Counted from the stretch's first letter, positions 30,578 through 41,452 are shown. The stretch: 64,000 nt of DNA from an uncultured delta proteobacterium (GCA_963790475.1 CAWBOS010000010.1:128001-192000), one strand, 5' to 3'. Program-made: numbers and translations. Notes: a model not told the origin generated them from the letters alone.

Positions 30578-30874
30578 ATGTTTGTATTCGGGAATCTATT
30601 GATTGCAGTAGCAAAAATTCTGGATATTATTTTTACCCTCTATACCTGGATCATCATTGCCCAGGCGATTATCTCCTGGGTCCGTCCCGATCCCTACAAC
30701 CCCATTGTCAGATTCCTCTATGCAGTGACCGAACCGGTGTTAAGGCCCATTCGTCGTTATCTTCCGGTGTCCTGGGGAGGATTTGATTTTTCACCGCTGA
30801 TCGTTCTCTTGGCCGTTGTCTTTTTACAGGAATTTCTGATCAAAAGTCTGATTCAATTGGGTTATAGAATGTGA
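30578..30874 (+). CDS. yggT: YggT family membrane protein
   Basis: ISWVRPDPYNPIVRFL...TEPVLRPIRR...DFSPLI. Confidence 0.93.
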   Translation: MFVFGNLLIAVAKILDIIFTLYTWIIIAQAIISWVRPDPYNPIVRFLYAVTEPVLRPIRRYLPVSWGGFDFSPLIVLLAVVFLQEFLIKSLIQLGYRM

Positions 30875-31233
30875 GGAAGTATTACAAAAAACATATAAAT
30901 TCAATTTATTACCAACCATCTCTCCCCCTATACTTGAAGCTTTCCTCAAAAGGAATCATTCTTAATATCCGGGTTCAGCCCGGGGCCAGAAAAACAACCT
31001 GGGCGGGAGTCCACGGCCAGGAACTGAAGCTAATGGTCCAGGCCCCTCCGGTGGAGGGAGCTGCCAATCAAAGTTGTCTTTCCTTCTTAGCCCGCTGGTT
31101 TCGAGTGAAGCAGTCCGAGGTCGTACTGCTTAAAGGAGGGAAATCCCGTTCGAAGGTTCTTCTGCTGAAAGGTTTGACTTTGGAAAAATGCCTGTCCCTT
31201 ATTCCAGGCCAAAATCCAGATCTGCCGGACTGA
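30871..31233 (+). CDS. yggU: DUF167 / YggU family protein (start uncertain)
   Basis: IRVQPGARK...APPVEGAAN...GGKSRSK; follows yggT. Confidence 0.85.
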   Translation: MRKYYKKHINSIYYQPSLPLYLKLSSKGIILNIRVQPGARKTTWAGVHGQELKLMVQAPPVEGAANQSCLSFLARWFRVKQSEVVLLKGGKSRSKVLLLKGLTLEKCLSLIPGQNPDLPD

Positions 31234-31402
31234 AGGCGGGGAAATAATCCTCTGCCAATTCCATTTCAAACCATTGTTTCTTGGCCAGGGCACATCGGAT
31301 ATTTAAAGCACAATATTTCAAGCAGATCGGGTCGATCCGATTAAATTGGCTAAAACAATCAAAACGGCCGTGCAATTGTTGGGCGGTAAAGAGCTTCTTC
31401 AT
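31199..31402 (-). CDS. Small four-cysteine protein, 67 aa
   Basis: AGGAGG SD; C-x10-C-x3-C-x5-C and an acidic tail. Confidence 0.6.
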   Translation of the reverse strand: MKKLFTAQQLHGRFDCFSQFNRIDPICLKYCALNIRCALAKKQWFEMELAEDYFPAFSPADLDFGLE

Positions 31403-31676
31403 GTATGCCTCCTTAAAAATCTCGTGGCATAGAGGGATGAACTATTGAACAACACCGGAGAATTCCTTTTAAAAAGCTTTCAAAAAAATGAAGAGTCGAA
31501 GCGAAGTATTTAAGGAAAAGGGTTGCGTAAGTATTATATTAGCTTAGGCCGGGGCGTTTGTCCAGATAAAACGAAGATCGGCCGAATTTCGAGGATAAAT
31601 ATGTTATATCTTATTGTTTTTTAAAAATAAAATTCGTATAACCGTTCGTAAATGAGTCTGATCTAGTCCCCAATTT

Positions 31677-31768
31677 GTCATTCCGGCGAATGCCGGAATC
31701 CAGGAAATTTGGAGTGGTTCCCGGCTTTTGCCTGACGATGACTGGACCCCGGCTTTCGCCGGGGTGAC
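31677..31768. repeat. REP-type palindromic doublet (GTCATTCCGGC...)
   Basis: GTCATTCCGGCGAATGCCGGAATCCAG ... CTGGACCCCGGCTTTCGCCGGGGTGAC inverted pair. Confidence 0.8.
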
Positions 31769-31900
31769 GGCTCTATAGACTTTTCAAGTATTTATCATCT
31801 GTAGCAAAAAATTTTTTCTTGGCCTTCAATTTCCTCCCCCAGATCGAGCTGTTCTTGGAAAGAGTTAAGAAAGGTTCCTGCCTGCCTTTAAGCCTCCTCA

Positions 31901-32260
31901 TCAAGCCGCCCGAAGCCGGCGACGGTTAAGGGAGTCCACTTGAACCACTTTTGGCTTAAAGTTTTGAAGTTCTTTTTCCTCCATGGCGGCATAAGTGGCA
32001 ATGATGACAAGATCTCCGACAGCCCCCTTCCGGGCTGCGGCACCGTTTAGACAAATCACGCCCGAGCCTCTGGGTCCTTCCAGGGCATAGGTGGAGAACC
32101 GTTCTCCGTTGGCGATATTATAGACATGGATTTGTTCGTAGGAAATTATATCGGCGGCCTCCATCAGGTCCTGATCGATGGTCATACTCCCTTCATACTG
32201 GAGATTGCTTTCGGTAATGGTCGCGCGGTGAATCTTCGATTTCATAAGGGTCCTGGTCAT
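31901..32260 (-). CDS. panD: Aspartate 1-decarboxylase
   Basis: [18 protein letters not shown] self-cleavage site, CLNGAAAR. Confidence 0.97.
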   Translation of the reverse strand: MTRTLMKSKIHRATITESNLQYEGSMTIDQDLMEAADIISYEQIHVYNIANGERFSTYALEGPRGSGVICLNGAAARKGAVGDLVIIATYAAMEEKELQNFKPKVVQVDSLNRRRLRAA

Positions 32261-33111
32261 TATCCGTTATCCTCCAATAAACAATTATCTATCAGGCGGG
32301 TGGCACCAAGCCACACCGCCAAGGCTAATACTCCCTGATCCTTGACAACCGTCAGTTCTTCAAGGGTTCGGGGATGGCAGATCTTGGCGTACTCGATCCG
32401 CGTTTCCGGATGCCGGCCGATCAGGCCCACCACCCGGTCCAACAAGACTTCTGTCTTTCGTTCTCCCTTTCGGAAAAGGGTTTGGGCCCCCATCAAAGCC
32501 TGGGAAAGGGTTCGGGCCGAGACTCTCTCTTGTGGTGAAAGGTACCGGTTCCGGGAACTCATGGCTAAACCATCGGCTTCTCGAATCGTCGGTCGGCCGA
32601 TGACTTCGACATCCATATTCAGGTCCGTAACCATTTGTTGAATGACGATTAGCTGTTGAAAATCTTTTTGGCCGAAAATGGCCAGATGAGGTTTGACGAT
32701 ATGAAACAGCTTGCAGACCACAGTGGTGACTCCTCTGAAATGTCCGGGCCTGACAGCCCCGCATAAGTTTTGAGTCACCTGTTCGACAGTCACATAGGTT
32801 TGGAAAAACTCCGGATAAAGGGCCTTGGGTTCGGGAGAAAAGATGACATCTACCCCTCTTTTTTCAGTCAGGCGGCCATCCTCCTGTAGATCCCTGGGGT
32901 ATTTCTCAAAATCTTCTTTCGGCCCGAATTGGATAGGATTGACAAAAATACTGACCACCAGTAGATCGGCTTTTTCCCGGCCATAATCCATAAGAGACAA
33001 GTGCCCCTCGTGGAGGGCCCCCATGGTCGGCACCAGGGCAGTCTTCTTCCCTGATCGCCGGGTCTCTTCGGCCACGGCCTGCATTTCAGGGATATCTTTG
33101 ATAAGTTGCAT
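32260..33111 (-). CDS. panC: Pantoate-beta-alanine ligase
   Basis: [40 protein letters not shown]. Confidence 0.97.
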   Translation of the reverse strand: MQLIKDIPEMQAVAEETRRSGKKTALVPTMGALHEGHLSLMDYGREKADLLVVSIFVNPIQFGPKEDFEKYPRDLQEDGRLTEKRGVDVIFSPEPKALYPEFFQTYVTVEQVTQNLCGAVRPGHFRGVTTVVCKLFHIVKPHLAIFGQKDFQQLIVIQQMVTDLNMDVEVIGRPTIREADGLAMSSRNRYLSPQERVSARTLSQALMGAQTLFRKGERKTEVLLDRVVGLIGRHPETRIEYAKICHPRTLEELTVVKDQGVLALAVWLGATRLIDNCLLEDNG

Positions 33112-33143
33112 AAAAAAAGCCCCTGGACTTCCTCCAGAGGCTT
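33112..33143 (-). terminator. Attenuator terminator abutting the panC start codon
   Basis: AAGCCTCTGGA-ggaag-TCCAGGGGC-T7-ATG on minus strand. Confidence 0.8.
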
Positions 33144-33160
33144 AAACTGGTCTTTGTTGG

Positions 33161-33196
33161 AAGTCTCAGTCCAACCTTTGTCGGATCCAAGCTGCC
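33161..33196 (-). ncRNA. pan RNA motif (cis-regulatory leader of pantothenate genes)
   Basis: Minus strand GCTTGGATCC-gacaaaggtt-GGACTGAGAC bulged-A hairpin upstream of panCD, followed by a terminator. Confidence 0.7.
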
Positions 33197-33394
33197 TTAT
33201 CCTTGTTTCGTTCAAACTTTTCTCTTTTTATCATCCCTTCCGGCTGTCGTCAAGGGATTTTTTGTTTTTTCATCGATTTTTTTTAAAAACCTTCTTGACA
33301 TTTCCATCCATCATGTTAAATATAGAAAATAACTTGAAGGCCTAAAGAATCAGGCTTTTTAGAACATAATTTTCTAAAATAATAAGGAGAGGTT

Positions 33395-33487
33395 ATGCCT
33401 TGGGTTCCATATCAGTGGTACTGCAAAACCCCCTCGGTGCTTAAAGCCGAGGGGGTTTTTTTTGCCCTTAAAAAGGAAGAACTATGA
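33395..33487 (+). CDS. Putative pyrB leader peptide (pyrL-like), 30 aa
   Basis: AGGAGAGG SD; [30 protein letters not shown] reads through the terminator and stops in ATGA overlap with pyrB. Confidence 0.55.
   Translation: MPWVPYQWYCKTPSVLKAEGVFFALKKEEL
33425..33463 (+). terminator. Attenuator terminator upstream of pyrB
   Basis: AAAACCCCCTCGG-tgcttaaag-CCGAGGGGG-T8. Confidence 0.85.
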
Positions 33488-34422
33488 ACTTTTCCCGCCA
33501 TCACCTGTTGGGGATGAAGGGCCTGACCCAGGAAGAAATCGAAGCCATCCTGACCACAGCCGAATCCTTAAAAGAGATATCCTACCGGGACATTAAAAAA
33601 GTCCCCACCCTGCGGGGCAAAACCGTAGTTAATTTTTTTCATGAACCCAGCACCCGGACCCGGACCTCTTTTGAGATAGCCGCCAAACGACTCAGTGCCG
33701 ATACGGTAAGCCTCTCGGCCAATACCAGCTCATTGGTCAAGGGTGAGACCCTGGTGGATACGGCCCGTAATTTAGAGGCTATGAACCCCGATGTCATCGT
33801 TATCCGCCATTCCATGGCCGGGGCACCTCATTTACTTTCCCGGTCGATAAAATCGTCGGTTATTAATGCCGGGGACGGCATGCACGAACACCCCACGCAA
33901 GCCCTTCTGGACCTTCTGACCATTCGCGAAAAAAAAGGCCGTATCGAGGGATTACAGGTAGCCATTATCGGAGATATCGCCCACAGCCGGGTGGCCCGAT
34001 CCAATATCATCGGTCTTAAAACCATGGGGGCCCAGGTTATGGTGGCCGGTCCCCCAACAATGATCCCCCCTTTCATCGAGTCGCTGGGGGTCGGGGTTAC
34101 TTATCATCTCCAAGAGGCCGTGGCCTGGGCTGATGTGATCATGATGCTACGGGTCCAGATGGAAAGACAACAGCAGATGCTCTTTCCCTGTATTCGCGAA
34201 TACTCCCGCTTCTTCGGTTTAAGTCTGGAGATGATGACCAAGGCCAAACGGGATGTCATCATAATGCATCCCGGCCCCATCAACCGGGGGGTGGAAATCC
34301 ATCCTGAAGTGGCCGACGGACCTTATTCCGTGATCCTGGACCAGGTGACCAATGGGGTGGCCATCCGCATGGCCCTTCTCTATTTGCTTTTAGGAGGTAA
34401 ACGAAGTGAAATGGCTGATTAG
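33484..34422 (+). CDS. pyrB: Aspartate carbamoyltransferase catalytic subunit
   Basis: [33 protein letters not shown]. Confidence 0.97.
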   Translation: MNFSRHHLLGMKGLTQEEIEAILTTAESLKEISYRDIKKVPTLRGKTVVNFFHEPSTRTRTSFEIAAKRLSADTVSLSANTSSLVKGETLVDTARNLEAMNPDVIVIRHSMAGAPHLLSRSIKSSVINAGDGMHEHPTQALLDLLTIREKKGRIEGLQVAIIGDIAHSRVARSNIIGLKTMGAQVMVAGPPTMIPPFIESLGVGVTYHLQEAVAWADVIMMLRVQMERQQQMLFPCIREYSRFFGLSLEMMTKAKRDVIIMHPGPINRGVEIHPEVADGPYSVILDQVTNGVAIRMALLYLLLGGKRSEMAD

Positions 34423-35719
34423 AGGGGGCCGGGTCATCGACTCACAAAACCAGGTGGACGACCTGATGGATATTTATATTCATCAGGGAAAGATTGTCGA
34501 TATGCTGCCCGTTCCCCTTAAGAGGACTTCAAAATCCTTTTCCGACTATCGGGTTATTCCGGCTGAAGGGATGATGGTTACCCCCGGATTGATCGACATG
34601 CATACCCATTTAAGGGAACCGGGTTTTGAATATAAAGAAACCATCCTGACCGGTACCCGGGCGGCAGTGGCCGGAGGGTTCGCGGCGGTGGCCTGTATGG
34701 CCAACACCGTTCCGGTCAACGACAACCAGTCGGTCACGGAGTATATCCTGAATAAGGCCAGAGAAGCCCGGCTGGCCCGGGTCTTTCCTGTTGGGGCCGT
34801 CAGTGCCGGGCTGAAAGGGGAGACTTTGGCCGAATACGGAGAACTGAAAATGGCCGGGGTTGTGGCCCTGTCGGATGACGGAAATCCGGTCATGAGCAGT
34901 CAGATGATGCGCCGGGCCATGGAATATGCCCAGGCCTTTGCCCTGCCCATTATCTCTCACTGCGAAGACCTGTCCTTAAGCCGGCCCGGGGTCATGAATG
35001 AAGGCCCCACTTCCACCCGGCTGGGACTTCACGGTATCCCATCCGTGGCCGAGGAGGTCATGGTCTACCGGGATATTCAGCTCTGTCAAATGACGGAAAC
35101 TCCTTTGCACATCGCCCATGTCAGTACGGCCGGATCGGTCCAGCTGATTCGCGAAGCCAAGAAAAAAGGGCTTCCCGTTTCGGCCGAAACCGCCCCCCAT
35201 TATTTTTCGCTGACCGAAGAGGCCGTTATCGGTTTTGATACTCTGGCCAAGATGAATCCCCCGTTAAGGACTAAGGATGACCTGCTGGCTATTCAAAGGG
35301 GGCTTAAAGACGGCACCATCGAGGTCATCGCCTCCGACCATGCCCCGCAAAGTCCTTTGGAAAAAGAAGTGGAATTTGACCTGGCGGCCATGGGGATCAT
35401 CGGTCTGGAAACCACCCTTCCCCTGACCCTCGACCTGGTTCACCGGGGGATATTAACCCTCCCTCAGGCCATTGGCAAGTTGACTCAGGGACCGGCGCGG
35501 ATTTTAAAATTGGATGGTTTTGGCCGGCTGGAGCGTTCCGGTCCGGCCCACCTGACCATTATCGACCCTGATCTGGTGTTTCAGGTGGATATCCGTTCCT
35601 TTATTTCCAAGAGTAAAAATTCCCCTTTCCATGGCTGGGAGTTGAAAGGCAAGGCCGTGCTGACCATGGTTGACGGCCGGATTGTTTTTAATCAAATGAC
35701 TCCGATCGCGGAACTATGA
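34406..35719 (+). CDS. pyrC: Dihydroorotase (start GTG near 34407; approximate)
   Basis: [30 protein letters not shown]. Confidence 0.95.
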   Translation: MKWLIRGGRVIDSQNQVDDLMDIYIHQGKIVDMLPVPLKRTSKSFSDYRVIPAEGMMVTPGLIDMHTHLREPGFEYKETILTGTRAAVAGGFAAVACMANTVPVNDNQSVTEYILNKAREARLARVFPVGAVSAGLKGETLAEYGELKMAGVVALSDDGNPVMSSQMMRRAMEYAQAFALPIISHCEDLSLSRPGVMNEGPTSTRLGLHGIPSVAEEVMVYRDIQLCQMTETPLHIAHVSTAGSVQLIREAKKKGLPVSAETAPHYFSLTEEAVIGFDTLAKMNPPLRTKDDLLAIQRGLKDGTIEVIASDHAPQSPLEKEVEFDLAAMGIIGLETTLPLTLDLVHRGILTLPQAIGKLTQGPARILKLDGFGRLERSGPAHLTIIDPDLVFQVDIRSFISKSKNSPFHGWELKGKAVLTMVDGRIVFNQMTPIAEL

Positions 35720-37095
35720 CCCCATCTATCCTTATCGTTGATGACGAACAAAGCCTGCGGGAAATGCTGGAGATTCTCCTCTCCCGGGAAGGATATAACG
35801 TGGTCACGGCCGCCAGTGGCCCTGAGGCCCTGGAGTTGTTTCAAAAAAACCTTTTTCAGGTTGTGCTGACCGACATTCGCATGCGTCCCATGGACGGGCT
35901 TACCCTGTTGAAGGAAATCAAGGCCCTCCGCCCTCAAACAGAAGTCATCATGATGTCAGCCTATGCCGATCAGGAAACCGCTATTGAAGCCATGAACGAA
36001 GGGGCCTACGACTTCTTCCCCAAACCCTTTAACAATAAAGAATTGAAACAGGTCATTAAAGATACCCTGGCCAAGGCCGAAGGAGAACCCTCTCCCACGC
36101 TTGAAAAAGCCCCCTTTCTTTCCCCTGGTTCCAGACCGATTATAGGTGAAAGCCCGCAAATGAAAAAGGTTTTTGACCTGATCTTAAAGGCCGGTCAGGT
36201 GATCAGCAATGTATTGATTACCGGGGAGTCCGGCACAGGAAAAGAATTGGTGGCCCAAGCCATTCATGAAAACAGCCTTCGAAAAAATCAGCCCTTTGTA
36301 ACCATTTCCTGCGCCGGGCTGCCGGAAACCTTAATTGAAAGCGAACTGTTCGGTTATCGAAAGGGGGCCTTCACCGGGGCCGTAATGGACAAGGTCGGTT
36401 ATGTGGAAACGGCCAACAAAGGAACTCTTTTTCTGGATGAAATCGGTGAACTTTCTGCGAATATGCAGGTGAAACTGTTAAGGCTTATTCAGGAAAAAAA
36501 ATATGTTCCCATTGGAGAAACCAGAGAGCGATCGGTTGATGTCCGGTTTATCCTGGCCACCAATAAAGATTTGGAGCAGGAAATTATAGAAGGCCGCTTC
36601 CGCTATGATCTTTTTTATCGAATCAATGTCATTTCCATTCCTATTCCTCCCTTGCGGGAAAGGCCGGAGGATATCCCCTTGCTGGCCAACTTTTTTTTGG
36701 AAAAATATTCCAAGACCGTAGGGAAACAGATTCGAAAAATTTCTTCCTATGCCCTCAAAATTCTTTCCGAGTACCACTTCCCCGGAAACGTGCGGGAGTT
36801 GGAAAATATCATCGAACGGTCGGTGGCCATGGAGCGTTCGACCATTATCCTTCCTGAAAGCCTGGTCCTGGCCCAGTATAAGGGGCAGGTCTCCGCCGGA
36901 AAAGCCGCTTTCCCTATGAGCCTTCCGTCGGAAGGATTGGATCTGGATCAAACCTTGGACACCCTGGAGAAGACCCTGATCCTTCAGGCTCTGCAAAAGA
37001 CCCAGGGAAATAAACAACGAACCGCCGCTTTATTGAAGATCAACCTGCGATCTTTGCGGTATCGGCTGTTGAAGCATGGGATGGAGGCGGAATAA
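35716..37095 (+). CDS. Sigma54-dependent response regulator (NtrC/PilR-like)
   Basis: REC domain, GESGTGKE, GAFTGA, Fis-type HTH RSLRYRL. Confidence 0.93.
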   Translation: MTPSILIVDDEQSLREMLEILLSREGYNVVTAASGPEALELFQKNLFQVVLTDIRMRPMDGLTLLKEIKALRPQTEVIMMSAYADQETAIEAMNEGAYDFFPKPFNNKELKQVIKDTLAKAEGEPSPTLEKAPFLSPGSRPIIGESPQMKKVFDLILKAGQVISNVLITGESGTGKELVAQAIHENSLRKNQPFVTISCAGLPETLIESELFGYRKGAFTGAVMDKVGYVETANKGTLFLDEIGELSANMQVKLLRLIQEKKYVPIGETRERSVDVRFILATNKDLEQEIIEGRFRYDLFYRINVISIPIPPLRERPEDIPLLANFFLEKYSKTVGKQIRKISSYALKILSEYHFPGNVRELENIIERSVAMERSTIILPESLVLAQYKGQVSAGKAAFPMSLPSEGLDLDQTLDTLEKTLILQALQKTQGNKQRTAALLKINLRSLRYRLLKHGMEAE

Positions 37096-37312
37096 AAAGA
37101 GGTTCAAGGTTCAAGGTTTAAAGGTTGCTGGTTTGTTGGGAAATCCAGCAAGAAAGACATTCTGAACTTTTAAAAATGTTTACTGTTGAATACCTTCTCC
37201 CTTTTTGCTATCAAAGGCTTATTGCTCTCAACGACGGTCCTAATAAATAAAAGGCAGTTCCCCCAAGCCTTGAACTTTGAACGTTGAACATTAAGCTGTT
37301 TTCCTTTAACTC

Positions 37313-37879
37313 TTGATGAAAAAAAAACAAAGCACCATCTTAATCATTATCATGGTAGCCCTGGCCTTCGGGGCCGGTTTGTTGTGGCGGTGGGTCCAGG
37401 GGACCCCTTATTATGCCCTGTATCAAATCGGGGCCGGGTTGAAAAACAGGGACCTGAATACATTCCTGACCTATGTCGACGTGGAATCGATCCTGAATCA
37501 GCAGGCCTCAGAATCGATTTCCAGCTTACTGACTTCTCTGACGGCCTCCGGTCCCGTAGGCAAAATCGCCGGTCCCCTGGGGGAAATCAAAATCAAAATA
37601 TCTCCGGAAGCCAATAAAGGCCTGAGCAACCTGGCCATCCGGCAACTCCAAACTTATCTCGAAAATCCGAAAAATCCTACCTTGCCCTCATCCTTCCTGC
37701 TCCTTACCCTGGCGCAGTTTAATGTAAAACAGGATTATACCCTGGTGACATTGAAAAAGGACAAGGATCAGTTGAGGATGGGAATGCAAAAGCAGGAGGG
37801 CATTTGGAGGGTGAAGGAACTTAATCCGGAGGACACCCAAAGACTCATCAAGACCTATCTTCTACCTTCTCAGAATTAG
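37313..37879 (+). CDS. DUF2939-like membrane-anchored protein
   Basis: N-terminal TM, TPYYALYQI...FLTYVDVESI, GIWRV. Confidence 0.7.
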   Translation: MMKKKQSTILIIIMVALAFGAGLLWRWVQGTPYYALYQIGAGLKNRDLNTFLTYVDVESILNQQASESISSLLTSLTASGPVGKIAGPLGEIKIKISPEANKGLSNLAIRQLQTYLENPKNPTLPSSFLLLTLAQFNVKQDYTLVTLKKDKDQLRMGMQKQEGIWRVKELNPEDTQRLIKTYLLPSQN

Positions 37880-37966
37880 ACCTAACTCCATTTTAGAAAT
37901 CGATCGACAGAGGTTAATTTGACCGAGTTGGCCCAACATCGAAGGGGGCTGTTGGTGCGTTCCGAT

Positions 37967-39310
37967 CTACCCGGAGGCAGGGATCTCAACGGGGAGCCAG
38001 GTTTTTTTAGTATACCGGTGGTAGAGGAGCCCGCATTGAACAAACTGGGAGATATTCATGCACCACCAAACCGAAACTGCCCCAAAACCGAAGACGACGA
38101 CAAACAGGTATACCAGCGGTAAGCGGATAAGCCAGACGCTCAGGGCGACACGGATCATGACGCTCCGGGTGTCACCGGCACCGCTAATCCCGCCTCCAAG
38201 GATAATGCCCAAGGCCATAAAGGGCTCACTGATCATGGAAATGTAGATATAGCGCACACTCTCACGAACGACAAGGGGGTTATTGGAGAGTGACGAGGCG
38301 ATCCACCGGGCATTGACAATGACCAATAAGACCATGAAGGTGACCACAGCGACTCCGATCAAGGCCGTTATCATTCCGCTTCGATAAGCCTCTTCCTGCT
38401 CCTTCCCGCCCAGCAGGTTTCCTACGATTACGGCGTTGGCCATATTGAAGGCGAAGGCCGGCAGATAGATGACCGATTCGATCCGAAGACCGGCGGTCAG
38501 GGCCGCCAGGATCTCAACCCTGTTTTCCGGTAACTCGCTGATGATCAGGAAAAGGATTATGCTTCCGGCCTGCCACAGGATCTGGACAGCGGCCATGGGC
38601 CATCCGATAACGGCCACTTTCTTGATCAAAGCTTTGGAAAAGGTCAGAGACTTGATCATTAATTTTTTTACACGGGACAGATTGATTAAAAAACCCACGA
38701 AGGAGGCCGTGGCCGTAGCCAGGGCAATTCCCTTGAAACCCAATGGGGTGGCGAAAACATAAAAGAAATTGAGCCCGACATTGAGAACGCAAACGACGGC
38801 CATGGTTTTTAAAGAGGCCCGGATCAGGTTGCAGGATCTCAGGATCCCGTTGCTGTTGATGACGATATATTGAAATAAAAGACCCCCTGAATAAATCTGA
38901 ATCAAGGGGATGGTAAAGGGCTTGACCTGGGCCGGGATGTTAAGGAAATTGATCAATAGCGGGGTGAAGACGATGCCGATAAAGGCGAAAATGATCCCTG
39001 CCCCCGCCGTTGCCGAAAGAGAGGAGAAGATGGCGGCGGTCAGTTGATCATTATCCTCGGAAGTGAAAAGCTGAGAGACCACCGACACCGTTCCCACCGT
39101 AAGGGCATTGGCCACTACGATGAAGATAAAATAAAACTGGATGACGAAGCCATAGGCCGCCTGAATGTCTTTTCCCAGCCGGCCGGCGACAAAGACATCG
39201 GTAAGACCGATGATGGCTTCAAAAACCATGATAAGGGTCATCGGCCAGGCCAGTTTCCAGCTTCGTGCGGCAAAACATTTTATATTATCGCTGTTACACT
39301 TTTCCAGCAT
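37967..39310 (-). CDS. MATE family efflux transporter
   Basis: KLAWP...DVFVAGRLG; internal two-fold repeat; GAGDT. Confidence 0.93.
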   Translation of the reverse strand: MLEKCNSDNIKCFAARSWKLAWPMTLIMVFEAIIGLTDVFVAGRLGKDIQAAYGFVIQFYFIFIVVANALTVGTVSVVSQLFTSEDNDQLTAAIFSSLSATAGAGIIFAFIGIVFTPLLINFLNIPAQVKPFTIPLIQIYSGGLLFQYIVINSNGILRSCNLIRASLKTMAVVCVLNVGLNFFYVFATPLGFKGIALATATASFVGFLINLSRVKKLMIKSLTFSKALIKKVAVIGWPMAAVQILWQAGSIILFLIISELPENRVEILAALTAGLRIESVIYLPAFAFNMANAVIVGNLLGGKEQEEAYRSGMITALIGVAVVTFMVLLVIVNARWIASSLSNNPLVVRESVRYIYISMISEPFMALGIILGGGISGAGDTRSVMIRVALSVWLIRLPLVYLFVVVFGFGAVSVWWCMNISQFVQCGLLYHRYTKKTWLPVEIPASG

Positions 39311-39344
39311 GTCCGGTTCCTTCCACCCTTTTCCTGCTTCTTGT

Positions 39345-39746
39345 TTATTTTTTGAAGATATAAAAAGTCCCGGTGGCCGTGGCGACCAGCTGGGCCTCCT
39401 GGTCTTTGACGCTCGATTCCAAAAAGGCGATATTCTTTCTTTTGTAGATCACCCTGGTGTCGCAAACCAGTCTGCCTGAACGCACGGATTTCAAATAATT
39501 GATTTTGATTTCAATGGTCGAACAGCGCTCATCTTCCTCCAGTAAGGTGGAAAGCGCCCCGCCCATTCCGGTGTCGGCCATGGAGTAGACCACCCCGCCG
39601 TGCAGCGTATCATAAGGATTTAAAAGTGAGCCGGTTATTTTAAGCTCCCCGCGACAGAAGCCTTTTTCCATTTTGATGAATTTAAGCCCGATTAATTCTA
39701 AGAAGCGCTTGGCCGGTTTTGAAGTTCTTGGGATTTTTTCTGGCAT
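39345..39746 (-). CDS. PaaI family thioesterase
   Basis: NPYDTLHGGVVYSMAD, STIEIKINYL. Confidence 0.92.
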   Translation of the reverse strand: MPEKIPRTSKPAKRFLELIGLKFIKMEKGFCRGELKITGSLLNPYDTLHGGVVYSMADTGMGGALSTLLEEDERCSTIEIKINYLKSVRSGRLVCDTRVIYKRKNIAFLESSVKDQEAQLVATATGTFYIFKK

Positions 39747-39927
39747 GCTGTCAACCTTCCTCTTCTGGGGGCTTCGTCAAAAGAAAATCTTAATTTCATT
39801 ATTCTATTTAATTTTTCTGAAAAAACAAGAAATTCTCTCCACACTCTTCAATTCCAGAATTGAGCAACCCGCCAAGATTACAAAACGAAAAGTCAGGTTT
39901 TTTTACAACCGGATAAGTATCCCATCC

Positions 39928-40070
39928 GAGACCTTTGAAAAATGTTCAGTTTTGTTCAAGGTAAAGGAAGAGGAAAATTATAACCACAGGAATACATTTT
40001 AGTATTTTGAGGATTAAACTTTGAGTTTGACCCAGAGATTGAGCAAAAGGGGGCGTTTTTCAAAGGTCTC
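39928..40070. mobile_element. 143-bp MITE with IS5-family-like ends
   Basis: Perfect 15-bp TIR GAGACCTTTGAAAAA/TTTTTCAAAGGTCTC flanked by direct CATCC (39923-39927, 40071-40075). Confidence 0.85.
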
Positions 40071-40235
40071 CATCCGACCATTAAATTCCCGTCATTGGTT
40101 AGCACAAAATACACGCTTTCTTCCCGGAAAATATGGTCTTCACTGTATTTACTTCTCAGGTCGCCTTAGATAGTCTAAAAAAATACTAAACAGGATCGCC
40201 GGAGGCGGTCCGTTAATCTGAAAGGAGAAACGACA

Positions 40236-40523
40236 ATGGCATATGGAATCGTGCATTATTTTCAGGGGGGTACGAAAGAGCAGTACGAGGCGTCAATAGC
40301 GGCGGTGCATCCTAGCAGAGACATCCTGCCGAAGGGCCAGATCTTCCACGCGGCCGGCCCTTCGGCTGGCGGCTGGACGATCATTGCGGTCCACGACTCC
40401 AGGGGGAGCTGGGAGCAGTTCCGGGACGGCATCCTGATGCCTCAAATGCAAAAAGGCATCGAAGGCGGTTTCACCACGCCACCGCAGGAAACGGCCTTCG
40501 AGGTCTACCACCTGAAACCGTAA
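40236..40523 (+). CDS. Hypothetical protein, 95 aa (probable dimeric alpha+beta barrel)
   Basis: AAGGAG SD; GTKEQYEA...FHAAGPSAGGWTIIAVHDS. Confidence 0.75.
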   Translation: MAYGIVHYFQGGTKEQYEASIAAVHPSRDILPKGQIFHAAGPSAGGWTIIAVHDSRGSWEQFRDGILMPQMQKGIEGGFTTPPQETAFEVYHLKP

Positions 40524-40637
40524 CCGGCTGTTCATGATCGTTCATATTTCCTCGGATGCTCATATAACATTCGTAAACCATGGACACCGTGAATCGATAT
40601 TGCGGCTGATTTTGACATTAGAGGCCCGGAGTGAACG

Positions 40638-41108
40638 ATGAAACGGACTAAGACATTCTCTTGGAAGGGTCTGGTCTTGGCTCCTTTGCCCGTCCCTCTT
40701 ATCTTCAGCGCCCTGTTCGAGATTTCGATTCCAGACAGAAGTCCGATTCTGTCATTCTTGTTCTTTTTCGCCATGAGCAGTGTTCTGTCCTATGGCACGA
40801 TATTCTTCCTTTTGCCCTGCCTGTCCCTGGTTTCCAGATTCACCCCGCCGACGGCTCTCCTGACCTGCCACCTGGGAACGGTGCTGGGGGGCGTAGTGTA
40901 CCTCCCCATCATCTGGCAGTCGTACCTCGCCGGTGGGGACAATTCGGGACCGCCGCCAAACTCCTTTGGAGAATATCTCCGGCAACACTTGTTTGAGGGG
41001 GCGATCTACGGCTTTATTGTGGCCGGGCTTATAACGGCGATGCTGTATTGGTTTCTCCTCAATCAACCCTCTCGGAGAAAAGATCAGCCACAGTATGAAG
41101 ATGTTTGA
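40638..41108 (+). CDS. Hypothetical membrane protein
   Basis: GGAG SD; four hydrophobic segments. Confidence 0.6.
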   Translation: MKRTKTFSWKGLVLAPLPVPLIFSALFEISIPDRSPILSFLFFFAMSSVLSYGTIFFLLPCLSLVSRFTPPTALLTCHLGTVLGGVVYLPIIWQSYLAGGDNSGPPPNSFGEYLRQHLFEGAIYGFIVAGLITAMLYWFLLNQPSRRKDQPQYEDV

Positions 41109-41452
41109 CAGGCCCAGAAGGATGAATTAATAAGTTAATTAAGGGCGTCTCGCTCCAATTAAAGACGATTAGATAAAAAGGTTTGAAAACACCGCAGGGG
41201 TGAAATAGTGGGGGTGATAAAATTGGAAAAGGAAAGTCTGTCGAGAAAGATTAACTTTTTGAGACCCCTCTGGTGGCTTATTCACCTGGTCGGGATCTCA
41301 ACAATTTACACCATTGGGCACTTATTGTGGAGGTAATATGATTCAGCATTTCATGTTATTCAAACCGGGATGGTGGATTCTCCATATAGTCGCAGTTGGT
41401 TTTACTCTCTATCTCGGACATATGGTCAAATTTTTTTAGGGGGGTGGAGGAT

